A stretch of DNA of 64,000 bases from Eledone cirrhosa (GCA_964016885.1 OZ024753.1:7254001-7318000); one strand, 5' to 3'. Shown: positions 12,488 through 24,959, counted from the stretch's first letter. Made by a program: numbers and translations. The notes: generated from the letters alone by a model not told the origin.

Positions 12488-15400
12488 ATGGCTGTTGCAT
12501 GTTTCTTTTTTATATCTACGTTGATGCTTGTGACTGGACAAAACATATCATTACAATTTCAACAGGATTACCATCCTCCAATGACACCGTCTGCTGATGC
12601 TAAAGAATGGAATTATTCAGTACCACTCAACCAAATCATATTCAGGCCTATAATTGTGTTAATTGTTTCAAACCATACACTTGTTACAAACGGGGATGTG
12701 TTAAATTCGATGGCGACAGTAAACTCTTTACCTCATCCGCCATCTAATAACGACAGTTGGGCAGAGAGTGGCGGGGAATTATGTCAGAACTCTGCTTGGT
12801 GGCTGGAATATCCGGAGCGCTACAACAGACAACAAGCCAAGGTTCGCTGCGTATCACCTCAATCGCCTTCTCTTATGAAATCACCAATTTTTAAAGGAAA
12901 GATTATAATCGATAGGATTTACCATACGCATACCTTAGTGCCTCCAACCAAACGAATTCTAAGGATCAGCATACCGGATTATGAAATATCAATTGATACC
13001 AATCCTTTCAGTGTTACAAAGCCTGCGAACCATTTAGCAATAACGAAACAGCCACCGCTAAGTGTTTTAGCTAATCACGATTTTGATGTTGAGGTGGAAA
13101 TCAGAGGCGATGATGATAAACTTCTTCGAGATGGTATTGATTCTGTTGCATATGTTCAAATGTCAATTCCTTATAATTATAAATTATTTTATGCGGACCG
13201 AGAACGGGAAATGTTACTTGCTTCAAGTGAAATTCGTCTGCAAGGAGAGAATGTAATTACTGATTTCAAAACTCAAGATATGATATTTCGTCAAAGAGCA
13301 ACAAATGGTCAGGTAAATTTTACCGGTGTTCGTATTTTAGATATTGTAGATGATTTACAGTTAAATATTACGTTAACCATGGGAAAACCTCCATGGGAAA
13401 GAATTCCTGCTTGTCTAGAATGCTTCACTGACATAGAACTTGCAAGACGGCTTGTAAATAACAGCAAGTTTATTACATTCAAGCGACTAACACCGGAAGA
13501 AGAAGAAAAGATTCTACCGATTAGTTTCACGAGGAATTTTACTGTTATAGCTCAAACTGTGGCTAAACTTGTAGAAACCAAAAAAGTACAACGGATGTTT
13601 GTTCTTTCGACGAATAATGAAACCGGTCTAATCGATGCTTCTATTGCTCATCCTATAATAAATGGTATTTGTATTGATGCATTAGATTCGTCAGACCGTC
13701 ACATCTATTCAGGCCCAAATTCAAAGATGTCTTTAACTGTAGAAACAGATCCAACGGATATACCATTTCTAATTGATAAATCGACGAATATGATCGAAGG
13801 ACATAGTAGTGTGTTTGTATCAATAGGTGTATTAACCGACTCTGTCAGATTGAAAATATATTCTAAAAGGTACAATGTTTCTTATTTAAGTCCCGCCTTT
13901 CGTATAATAGGGAACATCACAATTGGACATTTTGGTCGCATTCAAGGCAATGCCCCTGAAAGTGGTATGGACTCACATATCAATACTTTCATCCGATTCG
14001 CCATAAACGATGTTAACAATGGCCTTATTGTCCCGAAGTTAAGTAAGAAAGGAATACATTTGAATTTGCGAACGGTTAACATTCCACTAGAACAATACCC
14101 AACCAACATAAAGCTTAGAGGTGGGATACATAATTCCTCTAATATTCGTTTTGCTATAATTTCAGTTCCTGATACTATATCCAAGTCTTTAGCGAAGCAT
14201 AATATTCCATTTATTAGAACAGGTACTTCCACAGAATTATCCAATAGTCATTTAAACCCCCATCATAATACGATATCTTGGTCAGATGAAACAATATGGG
14301 ATTCGGCGTTTCAGGCTATCAAAGAAAGACTTTGGACTGATATTCTCATAATTAAATATGAAGATATTAATTTACCTGACATATTCTATTCTATGGCTGC
14401 CAAATACAACATTAGCATACGTTATCGTTTTACTATTAAACAGCTAAAATATGTAAGCCCTAGGTATATTAATGATGGACTATTGCTGCACAGAATGAGG
14501 CAGATTAGTGAAACTAAACTTAAAATATTCTTTCTATTTGTGCCAGCCCACATACAGCCTATCGTCCTTCGAGAAGCCTATCTCGCGGGCCTTTCTTCCT
14601 TGAATGGATTCCAATGGATTTTATTCGGAAAGTATGCAAACGCGTTTCCTTTTGAAAACCAGTCTGTTTGCCGTCGTAAAATGGAATGTACATTAGCATT
14701 TTCTGGAACGTACCTTTATGTTCCGACCTACAATGTATCAGGTTACCAAACAGAAAATTGGAAACGAGTCCTAAATTATTACTTTAAAGAAGACCGTGCA
14801 CTTCACAGAGGTGTAAATATTGCTTATCATCCATTTGAAGAAGGCGCACTAATGGGATTGGGTTATGATGCTGTGCACCTTTATGCGAAAGCTCTCTTGA
14901 CACTAATTGAGAAAAATCAGATAATGAAATCTCAATTATTTACTTTGATTTTGCGTGAAATTACTATAGATGGACTAACCGGTAAAATACATTTAGATCA
15001 CTATGGAAACAGGATTGGCTTTTTCAGCTACCTAGCCCAAATTAACCCAATGCCACGTTGGCCTCATATGCCGAAACAAAATGTTTTAACGTTTGTTAAG
15101 TGTATAATGAGGATGGAAGATGGTATCCAATTAGAAATTCCTTACCAGACAAGAATGGTTTCACGCAATAATTCTATGGCAGCTTTATTTTCCACCGAAG
15201 GGCAGATATATAACACTAGACGATACATATCTTTCTCGGGAATGGTTGGACTCAATACACAAATGATGATGCCAGTAGAGGAGGAACCATGGCCACCGCG
15301 CATTATAATCCGGAAAGAATCTGTACTCGCACCTTACGCATGTAATTTTAAATGTGGTGACAAATTAAAAGATCCTAATAATGTTAATGTTTTTGATCGA

Positions 15401-17506
15401 GGCGAATGTATGCCAAATGGTAAATGCAAATGTTTTGATGGATATTTTGGAAAATCCTGTAAGAACGCCATGTGCCAATGCAAATATGGTGTATGCTTTA
15501 ACCGCACTTACTGCATTTGTCATAAAGGCTATAGTGGAAGTATATGCGGAAAGCCATTTTGTGCCTTTTGTAAACATGGTGTATGTGTAGCATATAATGT
15601 GTGTAAATGCAACAGTGTTTTTTATATTGGTAAATTTTGTGACGCTCACATTTTTAGCATCTTTGTGCCATTGATTTTGGGAATTATTCTTATGATTGGT
15701 TTGTCATATTTCTTCATATCAATAAAAGAACGAGAGTACAATACAGAAGCCAAACAAGAATGGCTGGTTGATTGGAACTCAGTGGACCAACATGTAACGA
15801 CAGTTGTGATCGGGCACAAAGGAGGAACTAGCAAAAAGGTTGCAATTTATGAATGGAAAGAACAGAACTGGTATATTAAGAGAATACCTAACAGGACAAT
15901 CCCTCCAGATGATAAAAAGGTTATTTCAGAAATGCTACAGTTAACAAAATCAAGGCATTATAACCTCATCCAATATGGAGGGTGTTGTTTGACATACCCT
16001 AATGTCAGCTTATTTTTGGAAGTTGCTGATAAAGGTAGTATTACAGATATTCTTGCTAATGAAACTTTTGAGATAGGATGGGAGTTTGGATTTTCATTTT
16101 TAAAGGATATATGTTCTGGCATGGAATTTTTGCACGACAAATCCGAAATAAAATCTCATGGACGTCTAAAATCTTCAAATTGCTTGGTTGACAAGCGCTG
16201 GACTGTACGCCTCTCAGGATTTGGTGCACCGACTATTCGCTACGGCAACTACAGAATTAGAGACAATCAAGAATTGCCTTCATTAATAGAACTCTTTTGG
16301 ACTGCACCCGAACTACTGGGGGATAATACAACTCTAGATGGCATCAAATCTGGTACACCGCAAGGAGATGTTTATTCATTTTCTATCATCGCCTGTGAAA
16401 TAGCCACAAAAGCAAGTCCATACAGTTATGAATTACAATATTTAAATGAAAAATCTATTTTAAACCTCGTCAGAAATACATCAAATCCGGCAAATAAACA
16501 TATACGTCGTGTATGGGAGAATATTGGTGGTGCTAAAATGATTTTTGCGAGACCTATTTTGAAGGAACATCTATTACCACACAGTAAACTTTCCAGAAAA
16601 CTGTTTAAAAAAATGCTTGAAGAATCTTGGAATGAAAAAGCAACATCAAGACCGACTTTCAGTAAACTTGGTTTCATTCTGAATCAAATGCACCCCATTA
16701 AAGGAGAACTTATTGATAAATTAATCCACCTATTAGAAACTTACTCTAATAATTTGGAAGTGATAGTAGTAGAAAGGACCAAAGAATTAGAATTGAATAA
16801 AGCTAAAGCGGAGCAATTACTGAGCCAGATGTTACCAGTAAAAGTAGCCAATGAGTTAAAGCAGGGTGGTAAAGTAATGCCTGAATTATTCGAATGTGCT
16901 ACAGTATTTTTCAGTGATATCGTGAATTTTGGCCGAATATGTAGAGAAAGTAAACCAATGGAAATAGTTGATTTTTTAAATGAGATTTATAATGAATTTG
17001 ATGCAGTCTTAGATGATTATGATGTTTATAAAGTAGAATCAATCTGTGATTCTTACATGGTTGTAAGCGGTATACCCGAGAAAAATGAAGATCGTCATGC
17101 TGGAGAAATTGCGACCATGGCTTTAGATATGATGTCACATGTTACTGGGCTCGAAATTTCTCACATGAGAAGTAAAGCACTCCAATTACGTATCGGAATG
17201 CATTCTGGCCCGGTAGTAAGTGGAGTGGTGGGGAAGCTAATGCCTAGATATTGTCTTTTCGGAGACACCGTGAACACTGCCTCTAGGATGCAATCTAGTT
17301 CTTACGCCTTACGTATTCAAGTGAGCGAGAACACTGCAGCACTTCTCGTAGCTTTAGGTGGATATAAATTAGAATGTAGAGGTAAAAGAGATGTGAAGGG
17401 GCGTGGCATTATGACAACGTACTGGTTGTGGGGTAAGGACACATTTGCAAAGGAACTTCCAGATCTATCACTCGCAGTGCCTCTTACAGAACACAAGTTC
17501 AAATAA
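12488..17506 (+). CDS. Single-exon receptor (transmembrane) guanylyl cyclase with Ig-like, ANF-receptor/PBP1 and EGF-like ectodomain
   Basis: 1672-aa uninterrupted ORF. Signal peptide MAVACFFFISTLMLVTG. ANF-receptor-like motifs (FAINDVN, YDAVHLYAKAL, GLTGKIHLDHYGNR). Three EGF-like Cys repeats (aa ~974-1051). TM helix IFSIFVPLILGIILMIGLSYFFISI. Kinase-homology domain (HGRLKSSNC, WTAPE, GDVYSF). Dimerisation helix (YSNNLE..V.ERT). Cyclase motifs FSDIV, KVE..D, MPRYCLFGDTVNTASRM. Confidence 0.95.
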   Translation: MAVACFFFISTLMLVTGQNISLQFQQDYHPPMTPSADAKEWNYSVPLNQIIFRPIIVLIVSNHTLVTNGDVLNSMATVNSLPHPPSNNDSWAESGGELCQNSAWWLEYPERYNRQQAKVRCVSPQSPSLMKSPIFKGKIIIDRIYHTHTLVPPTKRILRISIPDYEISIDTNPFSVTKPANHLAITKQPPLSVLANHDFDVEVEIRGDDDKLLRDGIDSVAYVQMSIPYNYKLFYADREREMLLASSEIRLQGENVITDFKTQDMIFRQRATNGQVNFTGVRILDIVDDLQLNITLTMGKPPWERIPACLECFTDIELARRLVNNSKFITFKRLTPEEEEKILPISFTRNFTVIAQTVAKLVETKKVQRMFVLSTNNETGLIDASIAHPIINGICIDALDSSDRHIYSGPNSKMSLTVETDPTDIPFLIDKSTNMIEGHSSVFVSIGVLTDSVRLKIYSKRYNVSYLSPAFRIIGNITIGHFGRIQGNAPESGMDSHINTFIRFAINDVNNGLIVPKLSKKGIHLNLRTVNIPLEQYPTNIKLRGGIHNSSNIRFAIISVPDTISKSLAKHNIPFIRTGTSTELSNSHLNPHHNTISWSDETIWDSAFQAIKERLWTDILIIKYEDINLPDIFYSMAAKYNISIRYRFTIKQLKYVSPRYINDGLLLHRMRQISETKLKIFFLFVPAHIQPIVLREAYLAGLSSLNGFQWILFGKYANAFPFENQSVCRRKMECTLAFSGTYLYVPTYNVSGYQTENWKRVLNYYFKEDRALHRGVNIAYHPFEEGALMGLGYDAVHLYAKALLTLIEKNQIMKSQLFTLILREITIDGLTGKIHLDHYGNRIGFFSYLAQINPMPRWPHMPKQNVLTFVKCIMRMEDGIQLEIPYQTRMVSRNNSMAALFSTEGQIYNTRRYISFSGMVGLNTQMMMPVEEEPWPPRIIIRKESVLAPYACNFKCGDKLKDPNNVNVFDRGECMPNGKCKCFDGYFGKSCKNAMCQCKYGVCFNRTYCICHKGYSGSICGKPFCAFCKHGVCVAYNVCKCNSVFYIGKFCDAHIFSIFVPLILGIILMIGLSYFFISIKEREYNTEAKQEWLVDWNSVDQHVTTVVIGHKGGTSKKVAIYEWKEQNWYIKRIPNRTIPPDDKKVISEMLQLTKSRHYNLIQYGGCCLTYPNVSLFLEVADKGSITDILANETFEIGWEFGFSFLKDICSGMEFLHDKSEIKSHGRLKSSNCLVDKRWTVRLSGFGAPTIRYGNYRIRDNQELPSLIELFWTAPELLGDNTTLDGIKSGTPQGDVYSFSIIACEIATKASPYSYELQYLNEKSILNLVRNTSNPANKHIRRVWENIGGAKMIFARPILKEHLLPHSKLSRKLFKKMLEESWNEKATSRPTFSKLGFILNQMHPIKGELIDKLIHLLETYSNNLEVIVVERTKELELNKAKAEQLLSQMLPVKVANELKQGGKVMPELFECATVFFSDIVNFGRICRESKPMEIVDFLNEIYNEFDAVLDDYDVYKVESICDSYMVVSGIPEKNEDRHAGEIATMALDMMSHVTGLEISHMRSKALQLRIGMHSGPVVSGVVGKLMPRYCLFGDTVNTASRMQSSSYALRIQVSENTAALLVALGGYKLECRGKRDVKGRGIMTTYWLWGKDTFAKELPDLSLAVPLTEHKFK

Positions 17507-19101
17507 ATCCCGCTGAGCCGACAGTCAGATATATACCAACATATATATGTGAAGAATATGTATAGACAGACACACATATATACACACCCACGCACTCATA
17601 CACATGCGTGCGCGTATAAACGTTGTTCAGAAATTAATTCAGGTTTTTCAACAATGATTTTACACCCACATATCTAATTCCAGGATAAACTTTATTAACC
17701 GAAATAAAAGCCATTACAAATGACAATTTTTGCCAACAGTAACTTCGAATTCTCAAGTGCTAGAGGCGATGAATTCTTTAAAAGTTTACTTTACAACTAA
17801 TCCGTTGTAGAAAACATTTCCTAATAAGAAGTTGTCAACAAAATGTCTGAAAATGTCTAAATATGATTGGGGAAACATCCGGGTTTTATATTAAATAAAT
17901 CAGAGAGTCGTTTCCTAATTCGTTCAACAACCATAGCGTTGAATGTGCAATTAATAATCGAGCAGTGTCAAACTCTATCTTAAATAAACTAGTGTTTTAC
18001 AAGCAAAACAATATCTATAAATAAATGGGCCAATCTGTATTATTGATAAAAAAATTATCTAAAACTCTACCCTACAATACTTCTATCTCAATAAACCAAT
18101 ATTACTATATTCCTATAGATCGTAAAGCACACAATTTAACAAACTAATTTGTCACCAAACTGCCACGGACTTACATACGTCAACCACAAAATATATTTAC
18201 ATATACCTCAACAAATCGGGAGATTCACGAAGCTAATGAATGAAGAACTGTACTTCAACAATCAAAAGCCCTACAAATCTATAATAATAATAATAATCAA
18301 TAAATAATTCAACAAACAAATTACACCACTAATTAGTCGAATAGCAGTGACAAACTTTAATGATTTTTTTCTGTAATGAGAAACACAACCATAAATGCAA
18401 TCTCCGGGAAAGCCAAGAAATGAGAGAACTTTCCACATTGTAATAGGCGTTATATAGTAGGTCATATATTTCTAACCGTTAGTAAAAGTATCAACAGAAC
18501 AATATATATTCTGCTATCCTCTATTATAATGTGATTCATATTGGTTCATAATATAAGGGTATGGTTGCACAGAGCCAATATTTGCAAAGTAAAAAAAGTT
18601 TACATACGATATCCATCTTCTTCACAAATGGCTGTGATCACAGCTTCGCATTTCTGCTGACTCTAAGTTATAGGGCTTGAAATGGGAGGAAATTGTCAAA
18701 GCAATGAACTAAATGGAACGTATTTCTCCCCCCATTAATCTAAAGTTCTTACTTCAAGTCATGCTGAGTGGACAAAAGGAAAATGACTTAATTACTATTT
18801 GTTGATTTAAATGGGATTTTGCTCATCCAAATATGTGGCCCATGTGATGATAGTAGATGTGTTTTTTATAATTGTTTACCTAGTGTTAAGTGTCCGCCTT
18901 AATGACACATAGTACCCTGTTGATAATTGTTTCTATTGACTTTTTTCTGTTTTCTTTGCTTTTCTTGTGTTACTAATACCACCTATTTTTGCAACACATT
19001 GTATATAGTATTAAAGAATATTTTTCCCTAATCATCATGAATTATTAAATGATATTTTATTAAGAAATCTAATCTACATATTAACCTATCTACCCATATA
19101 A

Positions 19102-19150
<49 letters not shown>

Positions 19151-20033
19151 TATATATATATAAATATAGTAATAATAATAAATTTGAAGACTAAAATCCA
19201 AAGAGGGCTCGATAAGGATAAATATATATCAAATATATAAGAACCGTAGAGCAAATATTTATTAAAATAACAGATTAAAGTTTAAGCAAAGAATCGCTGC
19301 TTTCACCCTTATATATATAATATATATATAATAAATATATATATATAAATATATATATATGCACTCACATATATATATATATATAAATATATATCATTCG
19401 GTTATTTGTCGGAGATTTCTTCATAGGAGCCTTTATTCTTATAGCTTGGTCTAATTGATTTTTTATATGGTTAATTATACTAATTGGGAGAGGAAATGGT
19501 ATATATTATATCTAGTGATTCTATAGACATATTTTATGATATATAGCTCTGATTATTCAATTTAATTTATTAATTTCTCATTGAGCCACAACGTGACCAG
19601 TTGCAAAACACATATATATCTACGACTTTTTATATATATATTTAAATCTTTATATATATAAATGTAAGTATGCATGTATACGTACATACATATGTGTCAG
19701 TGTTGAACAAAAAGGTGACGTGGTTGCCTTAACACCGTATGGCATAAATTCAGGCTGTTCAGTTTGTTTACAAACGAACAAAGCGACGTTATAATAAGCG
19801 CCGCTAAACTGATACGTGCATATATGTATGTGTACCTGTATGCATATGTATGTATATATGTATATATATATATATATATGTGCATGCTACTGTATGTCTG
19901 TATACATATATGTATGTACGTATACATGCATACTTACATTTAAGTAAGTGCCATACAAAGAGTGAGAAATGAAATTTCGTTTTCATTTTGTTTCAATTTA
20001 TATATATAAATATATATATATAGACACACACAT

Positions 20034-20065
<32 letters not shown>

Positions 20066-20293
20066 TTATTTATATATATATTTATTTATTTATATATATT
20101 TATATATATCTACTTCGGAGATTTGATTCTGACTCAGTGTTCTTTCTATTTAATTGCTAACCTGTAGGTGTTGTTTTCCATACAGTAACGGTTAAACTCA
20201 CATGTAATAATTCTTTACACACATCTCACTGTGTAACACACTTCTCTCTGTGTAATATATTTGTATATATCTCTATATATATATATTCATTTA

Positions 20294-20415
<122 letters not shown>

Positions 20416-20439
20416 CGCGTGTGTGGTTGTGTAGGTAAC

Positions 20440-20630
20440 ACGGTAAAAAGCTTCCAGTCCATACTGTAAATGTGGTTGGTGTTAGAAAGGGCATCCAACC
20501 GTAGAAAAGCTGCCAGATAGTCCTATATGAGCGAGACACGGTCGCCCGATCAATCTTACTTCAAATGGGACAATTCCTGTCTAACCCATGCTAGCGTGGA
20601 AGACAGACGTTAAACGATGATGATGATAAT
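20440..20630 (+). mobile_element. SINE/RTE-type 3' tail ending in (GAT)n
   Basis: GGTTGGTGTTAG.AAGGGCATCCA...ACCCATGCTAGC.TGGAA...ACGTTAAACGATGATGAT. Related pieces at 60460-60733, 24100-24250 and 31086-31150. Confidence 0.6.
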
Positions 20631-20751
20631 GATCATGATTTAGGTAATTCCGAAGAAAAAACAGAGGAAAAAAGAGTGATATATATATATAGAACAGAGC
20701 TATTTAATTAGAAAGTGGACAACACAATATATAACTACTCCATACAGACAA

Positions 20752-20815
20752 ATGTCTGATGAACGATCTAGACGTATATTAATACTGTCTAGGGACCTGA
20801 AACCTTTGGTAATGT
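20752..20815 (+). ncRNA. Type I hammerhead-like motif inside a short inverted-repeat element (20701-20851)
   Basis: CTGATGA, stem II CTAGAC/GTCTAG, GAAA-CCTTTGG-TA. Stem I is weak. Confidence 0.45.
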
Positions 20816-21014
20816 AGTAGTAATATATTGGTGTTCACTTCCTAATTAAATATATATATATAAGCAAAGAGATATTTAATTTGCTGGTAGTTCAACAAAT
20901 TTATTTATAACAGATTCGAAGCACTCGACAGTTAATAACATAACTATCCAAACAAAACCTGAACCGATATGGTCTGGTTTCTCGGGTATGTCATTATTTA
21001 TAAAACAAATTTTG

Positions 21015-21077
21015 CATTTCATCTGATGAGAGCGTACCAAAGTTTTTTGGTACCCTTGAAATATATATAATAAAATA
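21015..21077 (+). ncRNA. Type I hammerhead ribozyme (family H1)
   Basis: CATTTCAT-CTGATGA-GAGCGTACCAA/TTGGTACCCTT-GAAA-TATATA-TA-ATAAAATA. Two mismatches in stem I. Confidence 0.65.
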
Positions 21078-21117
21078 AATATGGTTTTATAAATATAGTT
21101 TTCGATTTATTAATATC

Positions 21118-21236
<119 letters not shown>

Positions 21237-21240
21237 AATG

Positions 21241-21323
<83 letters not shown>

Positions 21324-21394
21324 GGTTATACTTGGGGAGGGTCATATTTGTGTAATATTGCCAGAATTAATAACAGAACATATATATATATATG

Positions 21395-21474
<80 letters not shown>

Positions 21475-21478
21475 AATA

Positions 21479-21534
<56 letters not shown>

Positions 21535-21602
21535 TATTAACTCATATTGACACCCCGCATTTTAACAAGCTCAAAGTATAAATACTGAGCATTATATAAT
21601 AA

Positions 21603-22732
21603 TACTAGCAGAATGGCCCGGCGTTACTCGGGATTTGCTCTAGGCTTCTTATATATTTGATATATATTTATCCTTATAAATACGTTTATTTATAATTTGT
21701 TATTGTGTATGCAAAAATATCTGTACACGAATATATAATTATATATATATATATCTATATATCTAAAACAGAGAATCTCTGTCTGTCTGTCAGCTCACTA
21801 AAACTTGAGAACCACCCAACCGATTGTTTTCAAACTTTACACATGTAATACTTATGGTCCTGTGAGTGTTTTGAGCAAAACATATTTCAAATTTTCAATG
21901 CCCTAGGGACCGCATTAGGCGATTTAGCGATCCTTCTCTATAATTCTTAGTCTTTCTTTTTAGATAGATACATAGATATAACGTTGCGTCCTTATAATAT
22001 ATGTCTGTATGTCAGCGTCTCTCTCTCTCTCCCGCTATCCCCCACTTTTAGTCTGTCTGTTTCTTTCACTCTCACTCTTTCTCTTTATAACTCACTCACA
22101 TTAATACTAAAGGGTTAAGGTATTGTTCTCAAAATAAATAATATTAAATCTATGAAAATAATATAGTATATATAGAGTAATGTAAATTCTAAAGGGTTAA
22201 TTCCATCAGACCATGTGATGGAGTTTATAATCACTCACGCACACATACACACTCACGCATGCAAACGCACACAAACTCACACACACACACAATAGTTATT
22301 CCACTGTCATGTATCTTTGACGCATACAACTCTCAAAAGACGGCGTCTGTCACTCTCTCTCTCTCCCGCTATCCCCCTCTTTTAGTCTGTCTGTTTCTTT
22401 CACTCTCACTCTTTCTCTCTGTAACTCGTTCACATTTCTCCCCTCTATCGAAAAACGCTGTGACGAATGGGGAGAAGGAGGAGTAGAGAGCCACTTCTTC
22501 ACTTCGCCTCTCCGTTTCTTTCTCTCCCCTCTCACTCCCTCATTATGTACAGACATTGGCCACTTCACAAATTCGATCCATAGGTCAGAATAATTTAAAT
22601 TTTTTTTATCAAAACACTTCCCAGGCCATACGGGTTACATGTGTAAAGTTTGAAAAACAACGGTTGGGTACTTCTCGAGTTTTAGGAAAACAGACACACA
22701 GACAGACATCCTCTGTTTTATATATATAGATA
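21603..22732. mobile_element. Helentron/HINE (DINE-1-like) non-autonomous elements, nested or inverted
   Basis: Starts TACTAGCAGAATGGCCCGGCGTTACTCGGG (hairpin) and ends CAGACAGACATCCTCTGTTTTATATATATAGAT. An inverted copy of that end lies at 21755-21900 and another at 43970-44075. Confidence 0.55.
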
Positions 22733-22876
22733 TGTAGAAATAAACACAGTAAAAGTTGAGTGTAATAAGGCTATCATTTCTAGCATATCCACTCACAGCA
22801 CGTATAGCGTGCAACCCACGAGGTCTATTATTTACTCCTGTGAGTTATTGTTAAATGTGTTTTGTTTCATTTGATC

Positions 22877-22970
22877 TTATCTCTTGCTGACGAAAAACCT
22901 ACGGATTATCTGTTACAAACACAATTTTCAGGGCGAAACAGATTAAATCTCTAATCTGTCCGAGATATGA
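22877..22970 (+). ncRNA. Type I hammerhead ribozyme with full stem III and GUC site
   Basis: CTGACGA at 22887 and GAAA at 22935. Stem III ACAGATTA/TAATCTGT is perfect, with GTC at 22958-22960. Stem I is 9/10 paired and stem II is decayed. Confidence 0.6.
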
Positions 22971-23102
22971 AATGGTTATTGATACGGTCTGTATATAAAA
23001 TGATATATCTTACTGTATGTTTCAGGTTAAATATATAAAACAACTGTAGTATTCTCTACCCTCGTAATTTTAGACACAGAATTTACTGTTTATTTCTACA
23101 TA

Positions 23103-23162
<60 letters not shown>

Positions 23163-23593
23163 GCGAGAATCGTATTTCGGCTTTGGAAATTAGGGAAAAA
23201 CAATTTCCGAGATGTGTGGCAAGCGCTCAATAACTCTAACGAACCAGAGCTACAACCTATATATATATATATATATTTCGTTTCTGAATTTGTTTAGCAA
23301 GATTCTTTATCTGAAAACGTGTGTTGAAACCGATATTGTTATACTTTGGGAGGGTCATGTTGCCAATAAGAAACACACGCACCAGTTGTTTTCACTTCAA
23401 TTTATTATAATAAATTTATAAATTTAGGAATTTATAAATTTCCGGTTGGTTGGTTGGTTCCACAACCAGATGGTTGTTTATATATTGTCAATGTTCTTTC
23501 GTCACACATTCTGTGACCTCTTCAGTGACTGGGGATTCCTTTCTTTGTTTTTTGTGCCTCTCCTTTGTTCTGCCCTACGCCATCTTATTTTTC

Positions 23594-23653
<60 letters not shown>

Positions 23654-23839
23654 TTGTTGGTTCACCACTGGATAGAATTGGTCATTCCGTATGGTCAATC
23701 TTGATGTAATATTATGGAGAGTACTCAACGTAGTGCAGTTCACTCGTCTTCGTTTGTGTAGTTGGTGGTGCTAATACGGAGTTTATTATAAATAAAATAA
23801 CAGGAGGCTGGACTGGTGTAAATCCTTGAAAAGTTTATT

Positions 23840-23897
23840 ATACTATTATGATTTCAATGACCGGGTTCCATATGAATCCGGTGATATCATCAGGTAT
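23840..23897 (-). ncRNA. Type I hammerhead-like motif
   Basis: ATAC-CTGATGA-TATCACCGGATTC/GAACCCGGTCATT-GAAA-TCATAA-TA-GTAT. Confidence 0.5.
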
Positions 23898-24633
23898 TCG
23901 AAATATAACAAAGGAACATATAAAATCTATTATATATATATATATATATATACATATATATAATTTTTCGGCTCTGTTTAACTACATTGAGCTATATCCT
24001 TTTACTGTCATTTCTATAATACGAAGAGGGTGTTTAACTCCAACACGCTCCAGTATTTTAACCTTTATATATATATATATATATATTTATGTATATATAT
24101 ATAATCATCGTTTAACATCCATTTTCCACGCTAACATGGGTAGGATATGACGAAGGACCGTGACATGTGGAGGAGAGATGCTGTCCTAAATAGGACCCGT
24201 CCCACCCTTGCAAACAGAGAAAAGCGGACGTAAAATGATGATGATTATGATGATGATACAGACACACATCTGCACATGTGTGTGTGTAATTTATTCTACT
24301 GCAACAAGAACAACATAAACATAACACATGTTTTACTAAGTGATCAAAGAAATATGCCTAGCAGATATTCGGACTCGTCGCCATATTGCAATGGCAAACC
24401 TTGTTTATTCAACGTAAAAGGGTAACTAGAAAACAGGATGAAAGGATACTCCGAGATAAGGATTGAGTGATTATACTCTCTGTGTGAAATCCAAGGAAAT
24501 TAAGCTGGTTGGATTGAAAATGTCTGAGAAATAAGGGAGAGCTAACTAGAAAAATTACCATGTTTCTTCCAAAGATTTACCTTTGCGTTTTACCTCTAAT
24601 AACAATCTAGATATGCTAAGAATACAGGTAAGT

Positions 24634-24825
24634 AATTGTTTCTACTTATGGCACAAGGCCAGCAATTATCCCAGTGCATTACTGGTACTTTATTCTATCG
24701 ACGCCGTAAGGATGAAAGGCAAAGTTAACCTCTGCAGGATTTGAATTCAGACCGTAAAGGGTCGTAACTCTATGCTGCAAAGCATGGACACCGACTCTCT
24801 ACCGATACTCCCAATCCACCACCCT
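24634..24825 (-). mobile_element. tRNA-derived SINE family 1
   Basis: Same consensus as 1027-1425. Confidence 0.85.
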
Positions 24826-24959
24826 CAGGTAAGTAATGCTACAATACTTTACTAAATATAAATTTAAGGAAACCTTTGAAGGGATATTTAAAGAAATAGA
24901 AAGAAAGTAACGTCTGAACAAGTATCCTCTATTTCCAACTAACTTACTCTCCGTCACTG

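Noticed and set aside
12488-17506. Bacterial origin or contamination of the intronless gene
   Set aside because: The kinase-homology plus cyclase module and the EGF repeats are typically metazoan, and the flanks are host repeats.
17650-18020. Possible Penelope GIY-YIG remnant (MIGETS...IRE.FP; NKLVFYKQ)
   Set aside because: Too degenerate, with stops, to support by eye. It needs a TBLASTN or HMM search.
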